64,000 bases of DNA from a virus, in the IMG/VR virus record IMGVR_UViG_3300044723_009336, positions 6,007 through 70,006 of that record; one strand, 5' to 3'. Below the pieces are notes generated by a model, which made no database searches, had not been told where the DNA came from, and saw only the letters and a program-made list of their open reading frames with translations. Made by a program: the position numbers and the translations under genes. Positions 37,826 to 46,232 of this stretch are shown one piece after another; the first letter of the stretch is position 1; every line of letters starts with the position of its first letter.

Positions 37826-38794
37826 ATCATAATCGAATCGGACGGAGAGACTATCCTCGTTGCCGAGTCTTTTCAGTACGAAGATAGCATTACGATATCG
37901 AATACTGAGTATACATTGAGTCCAACTTATATCACAGATTATTTTCCTCAACCATACACTTTCCAGGGAGAAACGAGTGGATATACCTCTGGTGGTGGTC
38001 CTAATGTCAACACAATTGATAAATTTTCTTTTACCTCTGACGCTAACGCAACTGATGTAGGTGATTTATCTCAAGGAAGAGGATTTGTAGCAGGCCAAAC
38101 ATCATCTACAAGTGGTTATACTTCTGGAGGAGGATGGCCGCCAACTTCACAAAATACTATTGATAAGTTTCCTTTTAGTACAGATGGTAATGCTACAGAT
38201 GTTGGGGATTTAACACAATTAAGATCAATGACGGTCGGGCAATCATCAGATGCTAACGGATATACATCTGGAGGGTATGTAACAGGACCATATAGTAATG
38301 TTATTGATAAATTTCCGTTTAGTGAAGATGCAAATGCAACTGATGTTGGGGATCTACGCGGGAATAGATACGCTTTAGCAGGTCAATCCTCTACCGAAAA
38401 TGGTTATATATCAGGGGAAGGTGTTATAGAAAAATTCCCTTTCAGTGCTGATGCTAATTCATCAGATGTTGGGGATTTATCTCATTTTCAAAGATTTGGT
38501 TTTGGTCAATCTTCGACAACGCATGGTTACCATTCTGGAGGACCTGATCTCAATATTATAGAAAAATTTCCTTTCAGTGCTGATGCTAATTCATCAGATG
38601 TTGGTGATTTAACAGTTGCAAGAGAGCGAGGGGCTGGCCAATCTTCTACGGAAAACGGATATAGTTCTGCAGGCTACCCACCAGGACTTAGTAGCAATAT
38701 AATTGATAAATTTCCGTTTACCTCGGATGCAAACGCCACTGATGTTGGGGATTTAACTAATAACAGACGTGAAGTTGCAGGACAACAGGTGTAA
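37799..38794 (+). CDS. Kelch-like propeller protein 6 of 8
   Basis: Six repeats. Start re-placed at ATG 37799 (MAYKISDT, as in paralog 4). Confidence 0.85.
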   Translation: MAYKISDTAIIIESDGETILVAESFQYEDSITISNTEYTLSPTYITDYFPQPYTFQGETSGYTSGGGPNVNTIDKFSFTSDANATDVGDLSQGRGFVAGQTSSTSGYTSGGGWPPTSQNTIDKFPFSTDGNATDVGDLTQLRSMTVGQSSDANGYTSGGYVTGPYSNVIDKFPFSEDANATDVGDLRGNRYALAGQSSTENGYISGEGVIEKFPFSADANSSDVGDLSHFQRFGFGQSSTTHGYHSGGPDLNIIEKFPFSADANSSDVGDLTVARERGAGQSSTENGYSSAGYPPGLSSNIIDKFPFTSDANATDVGDLTNNRREVAGQQV

Positions 38795-38796
38795 CG

Positions 38797-39837
38797 ATGG
38801 TTTATAGACTCGACGCAGGTACAGTAATAGACGCAGACGGTAACTTAGTTATCGAGAACCTGTATGCGAGTAGTGTTGCTCAGCAGTATTCATTTCAAGG
38901 ATCTACAAGTGGATATACATCAGGAGGAGCACCCACTTTACCTAGTATTAATAATATTGTTTCTAATACGATCGATAAGTTTCCATTTGCTGCAGATGCG
39001 AATGCAACAGATGTTGGTGATCTGACGTTGTCAACCAATTCATCTGCAGGATCACATTCTATGGAAAATGGGTATGTTTCTGGGGGTACTGCGCCAACGG
39101 ATTTTCCTACAAGAATTACAAATACGATTCAAAAATTTCCGTTCAGTGTCGACACTAATTCTACAGATATCGCAGATTTAACAGAAGCAAAGCATTTATT
39201 TGCAGGCCATTCTTCAGATGCTAATGGTTATACTTCTGGTGGTTCGGAAAATACCACCGTTGCAACACCACCCGCTAATCAATATAATACGATTGAAAAA
39301 TTTCCTTTCAGTGCAGACGCAAATGCAACTGACGTTGGGGATCTCACTCAAGTAAGAAGAAGCTCATCTGGTACGAGTTCGGAAACCCATGGATATACTG
39401 CAGGTGGTAACCTGTTTCCGGAATCACCCGGTACTACGCCAATTACAATTGATCGATTTCCTTTTAGTTCAGATGAAAATTCATCTGATGTAGGTGATCT
39501 CTATGCTGGAGCTGGTTTATCATCAGGTCAATCTTCTACTACTCATGGATATGCTTCGGGTCAAGGACCACCATATTTTTCTAATATTATACAAAAATAT
39601 TCATTTTCATCATCAGCTAACAGTTCCGATGTTGGAGACTTAACTGCAGGGAGAAGTATTCAAGCAGGGCAATCCTCTACAAATCATGGATACGTATCTG
39701 GTGGTCAAATTCCCCCATCGCCATCACCCGATGTAAGAGATATTATTGACAAATTTTCTTTTAGTGTAGACGCTAATGCAACAGACGTAGGTGATCTAAC
39801 TCAAGCAAGAGTATCCGCAACTGGTACAGAGATATAA
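38797..39837 (+). CDS. Kelch-like propeller protein 7 of 8
   Basis: Six repeats after a MVYRL leader. Longer Pro-rich loops. Confidence 0.85.
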   Translation: MVYRLDAGTVIDADGNLVIENLYASSVAQQYSFQGSTSGYTSGGAPTLPSINNIVSNTIDKFPFAADANATDVGDLTLSTNSSAGSHSMENGYVSGGTAPTDFPTRITNTIQKFPFSVDTNSTDIADLTEAKHLFAGHSSDANGYTSGGSENTTVATPPANQYNTIEKFPFSADANATDVGDLTQVRRSSSGTSSETHGYTAGGNLFPESPGTTPITIDRFPFSSDENSSDVGDLYAGAGLSSGQSSTTHGYASGQGPPYFSNIIQKYSFSSSANSSDVGDLTAGRSIQAGQSSTNHGYVSGGQIPPSPSPDVRDIIDKFSFSVDANATDVGDLTQARVSATGTEI

Positions 39838-39840
39838 ATA
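39833..39840 (+). promoter_or_regulatory. T4-type late promoter (TATAAATA) before propeller 8
   Basis: Exact consensus overlapping the upstream stop, 5 nt before ATG 39846. Confidence 0.7.
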
Positions 39841-39845
39841 GCAAC

Positions 39846-40901
39846 ATGGCATCAAAATATAAAATAGGTGGAAAAGCTATCCTAACAGACTCAGACGGAA
39901 CTCGAGATCTCATTGGTGTTTCTGTTGTCTACGAAGACTCTTTCACTGCTACGAATACGATTCGATCACTTGCACCAGATTACTTTGATGCTTATATATT
40001 TCCGAGTAATCCATTTCAGGGTGAAGTGAGTGGATATTCTAGTGGGGGTCGAGCTGCATCGAACGTTATAGATAAATTTCCCTTTGCATCAGATGCAAAT
40101 GCAACAGACCATGGGGATTTACAATATGGAAAAGAACAGCCAGCTGGGAATTCATCGGAAACTCATGGGTATTCATCTGGAACGTATTCTCCTTTCGGTA
40201 ACACTAAAACAATAGAAAAATGGTCATTTACATCTAATACTACTTCATCAAGCATAGGTAATTTAACTGCTCATAATGTTTACACTGGTCTCGGGATAGG
40301 CCAGTCTACTATTACAAACGGGTTTGGATATCACTCTGGTGGTAGAGGTGCGCAAAATACCGTAGAAAAGTTTCCATTCAGTTCAAATGCTGATGCAACC
40401 GATGCTCTTAATTTATCTTCGGGGAGAGAAAATCTTAGTGGTCAATCTGATGATGGCGGCGGGCATGGTTATACTGCAGGAGGTAGAAGAGGAATTCCTC
40501 CGGTAGCTGTTAATATAATTGATAAGTTTCCCTTTGCATCTGATGCGAATGCAACAGACGTAGGAGATACTTCAGTACTACATGACTACGGCACTGGTGG
40601 TCAATCGTCAGAAACTCATGGTTATATCGTTGGCGGGTTTCCACAAAATAGTGTAATCGATAAATTTTCTTTTGCCTCTGATGGAAATGCAACAAATATA
40701 GGAAATTTAATATCAGGTCCGAGAAATGATCGTATGGCAGGGCAATCATCATTTACACATGGATATGCAAGTGGATCAGGCCAGACTGCGCCAGATGGAA
40801 GTAACGTTATTCAAAAATGGCCATTTAGTAGTGATGCTGATGCAACCGACGTAGGTGATTTAACTAGGTCTATGGGTGAAATGGGTGGCCATCAGGTTTA
40901 G
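39846..40901 (+). CDS. Kelch-like propeller protein 8 of 8 (most divergent)
   Basis: Six more degenerate repeats ending GGHQV. Confidence 0.82.
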   Translation: MASKYKIGGKAILTDSDGTRDLIGVSVVYEDSFTATNTIRSLAPDYFDAYIFPSNPFQGEVSGYSSGGRAASNVIDKFPFASDANATDHGDLQYGKEQPAGNSSETHGYSSGTYSPFGNTKTIEKWSFTSNTTSSSIGNLTAHNVYTGLGIGQSTITNGFGYHSGGRGAQNTVEKFPFSSNADATDALNLSSGRENLSGQSDDGGGHGYTAGGRRGIPPVAVNIIDKFPFASDANATDVGDTSVLHDYGTGGQSSETHGYIVGGFPQNSVIDKFSFASDGNATNIGNLISGPRNDRMAGQSSFTHGYASGSGQTAPDGSNVIQKWPFSSDADATDVGDLTRSMGEMGGHQV

Positions 40902-40938
40902 AAACGATATATATAATTTTACATGAATACTTTATGAG

Positions 40939-42210
40939 GTGACAATGAATTCAATAGAATATTTTGAAAAAAATCGATACATTTATCTTGCAGATGTTTT
41001 ACCAAAAAATGTCTGTCAAGATCTCACTCAACATATGCACAATCTTCATAAGGAAGGTAAACTTGTTCAAGACGAACAGTGTCCACTTTCTTGGTCAGTC
41101 TATGGTGACTCGAAGTTTGATACATTACTTGCTAATCTAGCAAAACCAATTGGTGATAAACTTGGAGTAGAGATACTTCCGACATACACTTACGCACGTC
41201 TTTATCAGCCAGGCGATAGACTCAAAAAACATACTGACCGACCATCGTGCGAGATATCTGGTACTATGACACTTGGCTACGATCCAGACTCAGCACTTTG
41301 GCCAATCTTCTTTGGTAAAGATCAAAACGATCCAGGAACGTCATATGACATTGGCGTTGGTGATCTCGTTATGTATCGTGGAAACGAACTCGTTCACTGG
41401 AGACCAGAATATAAAGGTAAGTGGCAGGTTCAGGTTTTCTTCCACTATGTTGACGCAAATGGTCCACATAAGGAATGGGCAAATGATAAGAGAGCAGTTC
41501 TCGGAACTGGTGCTGAAACGAAAAAACAAAACACTGTTCAAAGAGAAACGATGGAAGAACCAGATAAGTACGAGTTTAAATATCATTTCTCTGCGAATAC
41601 AATGGCTATACTTCCTCAGGCAGATCATCTCCCAGGATATGCAGCTTTTTATAGTGGATTCAAACCAAAACTTGCATTTACACCTGAAGAATGTGATAAG
41701 ATTATTGCGACTGCAAGTAATCAATATGCGTCAAAGGCAAGAGTCGGTTCAGAGGCAACATCAAAAACTGACCTCAGTGTACGTAATGTAGATCAATATA
41801 ATATTGAACTGAATGAAGATACTCGATGGATCTATAATAAACTTGTACTTGCAGTCGCGATGGCGAATCACGAACATTTTGGTTTCAATATCAGTGGTAT
41901 TACTCACGATCTTCAATTACTTCACTATCGTTCAGACGATGGTAACGGTCACTATGACTGGCATGTCGACGTAGGTCACGGTCATTCTGCATGTCGTAAA
42001 ATTTCTATTTCAGTTATGCTTTCTCCAGATGATAAATATAAGGGTGGAGACTTAGAAGTAAACGATCACGGAGTACTTAGGCAAGGTGTTCGTGAGCAAG
42101 GATCAATCAACTTATTCCCGAGTTATATGCCACATCGTGTCGCACCAGTTACAGAAGGTGAGAGGTGGGCACTTGTTATATGGATAAACGGATCAGACAG
42201 ATTTAGATAA
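40939..42210 (+). CDS. Tandem double 2OG-Fe(II) oxygenase (N-terminal cyanophage-type domain plus C-terminal PKHD/prolyl-hydroxylase-like domain)
   Basis: Domain 1: YARLY...KKHTDRPSCEIS...ELVHWR. Domain 2: YDWHVD...RKISISVML...GGDL...FPSYMPHRVAPVTEGERWALVIW. Both have HxD...H triads. Start may be ATG 40945. Confidence 0.88.
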   Translation: MTMNSIEYFEKNRYIYLADVLPKNVCQDLTQHMHNLHKEGKLVQDEQCPLSWSVYGDSKFDTLLANLAKPIGDKLGVEILPTYTYARLYQPGDRLKKHTDRPSCEISGTMTLGYDPDSALWPIFFGKDQNDPGTSYDIGVGDLVMYRGNELVHWRPEYKGKWQVQVFFHYVDANGPHKEWANDKRAVLGTGAETKKQNTVQRETMEEPDKYEFKYHFSANTMAILPQADHLPGYAAFYSGFKPKLAFTPEECDKIIATASNQYASKARVGSEATSKTDLSVRNVDQYNIELNEDTRWIYNKLVLAVAMANHEHFGFNISGITHDLQLLHYRSDDGNGHYDWHVDVGHGHSACRKISISVMLSPDDKYKGGDLEVNDHGVLRQGVREQGSINLFPSYMPHRVAPVTEGERWALVIWINGSDRFR

Positions 42211-42220
42211 GGAGAATCAT

Positions 42221-42568
42221 ATGCCTGTTGTAGAATACAAGATGCATGTCATCAATAATAAAGGTGGCGCGACAGCACCACTTTGGGTAGATGATGGTGG
42301 ATATCATACATCACCTATCGATAAGACAAAGATTGGTTGGGTATTACCTGAAGCCGATCGTGAATACTATGTACCAGATACAGTCACTGAGTTATCGAAG
42401 AGTGAGTTCGTAACACGTCAGTTAGCAATCCATGCTGATACGCCATTTCAAAGTCAACCAGTTGACTCAAATGGTGAAGAAGTTGGAGACCCTGTTAATA
42501 TGACAGATGCTGAAGTAACAACCGATATGGAAGCATGGTACGATTCTTTTGTGAGTTCGCATAGCTAA
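42221..42568 (+). CDS. Hypothetical protein (115 aa)
   Basis: AAGGAG RBS. WVDDGGY...IGW...YYVPDTV motif. Confidence 0.7.
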   Translation: MPVVEYKMHVINNKGGATAPLWVDDGGYHTSPIDKTKIGWVLPEADREYYVPDTVTELSKSEFVTRQLAIHADTPFQSQPVDSNGEEVGDPVNMTDAEVTTDMEAWYDSFVSSHS

Positions 42569-42576
42569 TGGAGATA

Positions 42577-42696
42577 ATGCTTGCAAAACAGATACTCGAA
42601 CTCGAATCACACGAGCTCGAAGGTATCTTGATGAAACTGAAAATGGAAGATCGCGAAGCATATGAAAAATTGCAGGAGTTAGTTGAAGACTTATAA
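42577..42696 (+). CDS. Small helical protein (39 aa) missed by the ORF track
   Basis: GGAG RBS at 42570-42573. MLAKQILELESHELEGILMKLKMEDREAYEKLQELVEDL fills the gap between its neighbours. Confidence 0.55.
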   Translation: MLAKQILELESHELEGILMKLKMEDREAYEKLQELVEDL

Positions 42697-42700
42697 TATT

Positions 42701-43435
42701 ATGAATCATTATGAACGTTTTTTGAAAACAAAACTATTTACAGATCGTGTTGGACCAATATACGGTACCGAAGACTTTGGAATATATCTTTACTCAGTTA
42801 TCAAGATGATGAGACCAAAGAATATTTTAGAACTTGGTACTGGGCTTGGTACGACTATGCTATGGGCAGCACAAGCAATTCTTGAGAATAACGAAGGTAT
42901 TATTCACACTTTCGATGACGGAAGTGAATGGAATCATCTGAAGAATGCTCGTGATCAGATGGGCGAGTACTTTCGTGAAGATTATCTTTTCTATATCGAA
43001 AATCTCATTGACTCGTTTGAAATAAGAAAAGCTGTTGAGTTTCATCCAGTTCGAATCGAAGAGATAGAATCAGAGGCGCCAATCGATATACTCTTCTCTG
43101 ATTTCGCGCATGGGCCGTCTGATGTATTACAACTCCTTGCTGAATTTTTACCTCAGATGAATAGTTATAGTAAGATCTATATCGACTCTGCTTCTACTCA
43201 TTATGGGTCATATCACACTCTCGAAAAAGTAATTGATATGCTGAATCAGAATACGATTCCTCGATCCATTTCTGAACGAGCGAAGAATGACACCATACGT
43301 GATATCGTAAATCAGAGTCAGTTTCAACTCGATCATATTGTAGAAAACAAAGATCGTGCACAGAATAGTACTACTTGTATTACAATCCAACCATATGACG
43401 TATTTCCTTATCCGAGAGTCAATGTGAGGTATTGA
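42701..43435 (+). CDS. Class I SAM-dependent methyltransferase
   Basis: Motif I NILELGTGLGTT, IHTFDDG and IDILFSD. Start at ATG 42701 (track TTG 42683 also possible). Confidence 0.8.
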   Translation: MNHYERFLKTKLFTDRVGPIYGTEDFGIYLYSVIKMMRPKNILELGTGLGTTMLWAAQAILENNEGIIHTFDDGSEWNHLKNARDQMGEYFREDYLFYIENLIDSFEIRKAVEFHPVRIEEIESEAPIDILFSDFAHGPSDVLQLLAEFLPQMNSYSKIYIDSASTHYGSYHTLEKVIDMLNQNTIPRSISERAKNDTIRDIVNQSQFQLDHIVENKDRAQNSTTCITIQPYDVFPYPRVNVRY

Positions 43436-43980
43436 TGAAAGTAATCGATAATGTAATTGGTGATAAGTATTCAGAAATGATATTTGAAGAATGTGCGAAA
43501 CTTCCTTGGACCTTTGTACCAGATATATCATTTGGAAACCAAGCAAAGAGAAGTGTTCCAGGATTCTCACATAGTTTCTACCTCGATAAAGAATTCAATA
43601 ATAACGAACCAGTCACGATCGAATCAGAAAAATATCCTCTCATCAAACCTGTACTACTCGAAGCATTTGATAAATTGAATCTCAACATAAATTTACAAAA
43701 TGTTTTTCGTAGCCGCGCAAGACTCACGCTCGATCGTCCTGAATTATCTGAATCCGATCGTATTGACAACATTCACGTAGATTATCAAATCCCTCACCTC
43801 GTTTTGATATACTATGTCAATACGGTCGATGGTGATACTCTGGTATACGAAAATGATAAAATCGTAGAAAGAGTATCACCGAAGCGAGGTCGTTGTTTAC
43901 TGTTTGACGGTTCGCTACAACATACGTCCACGTCTCCTGCTCTTGGTCCAAGGATCATTATCAATAATAATATAAGGTGA
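43435..43980 (+). CDS. 2OG-Fe(II) oxygenase
   Basis: IHVD...LIYYVN..DGDT...PKRGRCLLFDGSLQHTSTSP...RIIINNN. TGATG coupling. Confidence 0.82.
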   Translation: MKVIDNVIGDKYSEMIFEECAKLPWTFVPDISFGNQAKRSVPGFSHSFYLDKEFNNNEPVTIESEKYPLIKPVLLEAFDKLNLNINLQNVFRSRARLTLDRPELSESDRIDNIHVDYQIPHLVLIYYVNTVDGDTLVYENDKIVERVSPKRGRCLLFDGSLQHTSTSPALGPRIIINNNIR

Positions 43981-43984
43981 ACTG

Positions 43985-44536
43985 ATGCATCCGAATCAAC
44001 ATAATCTTTTCGAAACTCCTATCTGGGGATTTATGCTCAACGATCAAAATTTACAGACATTTGATTATACTGATTACATTTTAGATATATCAAACACCGA
44101 ACAGTCTGCGACAAAGAGTAACATGGGTGGTTGGCAATCAAGAGATAATATTCACGAAGAACCGATCTTTCAAGAGTTCAATCGATCAATATTAGGTGCA
44201 GCAAAAAATATACTGAAAGACTACACTCAGTTAGAACCATATATTCAGAGTATGTGGGCAAACATTAATGTGAAGGGAGATTTCAACGCACACCACACTC
44301 ACGAAGGTGAACTATCGGGGGTTTATTACTGCAATGTACCAGAAAAATCAGGAGAATTGATACTCGTTGATCCTAAGGTGAGGTCTCATGTTTCTGTAAT
44401 AAGAAGTGGCAATTTTCCGATTCGTCCTGAAAGACTTGCTCTCATTATCTTTCCAAGTTGGTTAGAACATTACGTACAACCAAGTCAAAGTGATGATCCT
44501 CGAGTCAGTATTAGTTTCAATATAGGAATTAAATAA
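43985..44536 (+). CDS. 2OG-Fe(II) oxygenase-like protein (TIGR02466-type)
   Basis: SNMGGWQS, MWANIN...FNAHHTH...LSGVYY and IFPSWLEHYV...RVSISFN. Confidence 0.82.
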   Translation: MHPNQHNLFETPIWGFMLNDQNLQTFDYTDYILDISNTEQSATKSNMGGWQSRDNIHEEPIFQEFNRSILGAAKNILKDYTQLEPYIQSMWANINVKGDFNAHHTHEGELSGVYYCNVPEKSGELILVDPKVRSHVSVIRSGNFPIRPERLALIIFPSWLEHYVQPSQSDDPRVSISFNIGIK

Positions 44537-44537
44537 T

Positions 44538-44545
44538 TATAAATA
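44538..44545 (+). promoter_or_regulatory. T4-type late promoter (TATAAATA)
   Basis: Exact consensus before gp13. Confidence 0.82.
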
Positions 44546-44575
44546 GCCATAGATATTTTATTTACGGAGATTTCT

Positions 44576-45331
44576 ATGGCAAATCCTAGCTCCCGTGCTA
44601 CATTGATAGATTATTGCAAAAGAAGACTCGGAGATCCTGTCATCGAAATTAACGTTGACGAGGATCAAGTCGAAGATCGTGTAGACGAGGCATTACAATA
44701 CTATCAAGAATACCACTCTGACGCTACAGTTAAAACATATTTGAAACATTTAGTCACTGCTGATGATGTGACAAACGAATATATACCATTATCATCAGAT
44801 ATCATTTTTGTTTCTAGGCTCTTTCCGGTAGCAAGTTCATTCAATAGCTCTTTTAACTTCTTTGATATCAAGTATCAGATGATGTTAAATGATATTGCCG
44901 ATTTACAGAACTTTGCTGGTGATCTAGCTTACTATGAACAAATGCAACAATATCTTTCATTACTCGATACTAAGTTGAATGGCAATCCTCAGGTGCAATT
45001 CCAGAGGAGACAAAATCGTCTTTATATCTTTGGTGACTTTGCAGATGAAGATATTAAAGCCGGTGAGTATATCGTTGCAGAAGTATACCAAATAGTTGAT
45101 CCGGAAACCCATACATCAGTTTATAATGATATGTGGTTAAAAGAATATACAACTGCACTGATTAAACAACAATGGGGAACAAATCTTATTAAGTTCGAAG
45201 GCATGCAACTTCCTGGTGGCGTGGTACTGAACGGTAGACAAATTTATGATGATGCTACTACTGATATTGATAAGTTAAGAGAAACAATTCGGATGGAACA
45301 TGAGATGCCACCAGATTTCTTTGTAGGTTAA
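44576..45331 (+). CDS. gp13: Neck protein gp13
   Basis: LIDYCKRRLGDPVIEINVDEDQ, WLKEYTTALIKQQWGTNLIKF and LPGGVVLNG motifs. Confidence 0.95.
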   Translation: MANPSSRATLIDYCKRRLGDPVIEINVDEDQVEDRVDEALQYYQEYHSDATVKTYLKHLVTADDVTNEYIPLSSDIIFVSRLFPVASSFNSSFNFFDIKYQMMLNDIADLQNFAGDLAYYEQMQQYLSLLDTKLNGNPQVQFQRRQNRLYIFGDFADEDIKAGEYIVAEVYQIVDPETHTSVYNDMWLKEYTTALIKQQWGTNLIKFEGMQLPGGVVLNGRQIYDDATTDIDKLRETIRMEHEMPPDFFVG

Positions 45332-45332
45332 C

Positions 45333-46232
45333 ATGGCAAGAAACGTATACTTTACAGACAAAGTCAGATCAGAACAAAATCTTTATGAAGATATTGTCAT
45401 AGAGTCTCTGAAGATCTATGGACAAGACGTCTATTACATACCAAGAGATATTGTAGCTGAAGATAAGATCTTTGGTGACGACATACCTTCACGATTTAAT
45501 TCATCTCATAAGATTGAGATGTACATCGAGAACATCGAAGGATTTGATGGAGAAGGCGATCTCTTTACTCGATTTGGAGTGGAGATTCGTGATGAGGCAA
45601 CATTTGTAGTATCTCGTCGTAGATGGACACAAACAGTTGCTCGTATGGATAACGGGGTAACTTCAGTTCGTCCTCTTGAAGGAGACTTAATTTTTCTTCC
45701 ACTTTCAAATAAACTCTTTCAGATTATGCATGTAGAGCATGAACAACCTTTTTATCAACTGAGTAATTTACCTGTATTTAAACTGAGAGCACAACTCTTC
45801 GAATACAATGATGAAGATCTTGATACAGGCGTTGATATTATTGATCAGATTGAAAAAGATTATGCATACACTTATATTCTTACACTTGACGGAACAAGTG
45901 GTATTATTACAACAGGCGAGACAGCGACTCAGACTTTATCGAGTGGAATTACAGTTTCAGGAGAAGTTTCCAAGTGGTCTGACTCCGATCAGAAGTTACA
46001 TCTAATTCATATCGACACAAGTGATGATAAATATCATGAGTTTATTACTGGTACAAATATTACAATTACTGGAGCGCAAGGTAGAACCGTCGACTCTGAC
46101 TTTAGTGTTACGGCAATAATAGAAGATAATAAAATATCCAGTAATGAACAGAACGACGACTTTGGTACTATCGGAGGTGGTTTCCTCGACTTTAGTGAGA
46201 ATAACCCATTTGGCGATCCGGAGAATAACTAA
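45333..46232 (+). CDS. gp14: Neck protein gp14
   Basis: EQNLYEDIVIESLKIYGQDVYYIPR, RPLEGDLIF and FLDFSENNPFG motifs. Confidence 0.95.
   Translation: MARNVYFTDKVRSEQNLYEDIVIESLKIYGQDVYYIPRDIVAEDKIFGDDIPSRFNSSHKIEMYIENIEGFDGEGDLFTRFGVEIRDEATFVVSRRRWTQTVARMDNGVTSVRPLEGDLIFLPLSNKLFQIMHVEHEQPFYQLSNLPVFKLRAQLFEYNDEDLDTGVDIIDQIEKDYAYTYILTLDGTSGIITTGETATQTLSSGITVSGEVSKWSDSDQKLHLIHIDTSDDKYHEFITGTNITITGAQGRTVDSDFSVTAIIEDNKISSNEQNDDFGTIGGGFLDFSENNPFGDPENN

Noticed and set aside
32836-40901. CRISPR-like array suggested by regularly spaced repeats such as GCAACAGATGTTGGAGAT
   Set aside because: Repeats are degenerate at third codon positions, stay in frame inside long ORFs and encode protein blades. No cas genes are present.
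40905-40920. Sigma70 promoter for the oxygenase cluster (TATAAT at 40912-40917)
   Set aside because: No acceptable -35 box at 16-18 nt spacing and no TATAAATA, so it is not called. The expression class of the cluster remains unknown.
32836-44536. Diversity-generating retroelement acting on the propellers
   Set aside because: No reverse transcriptase and no template/variable repeat pair with adenine-specific differences in the window. A remote DGR cannot be excluded.
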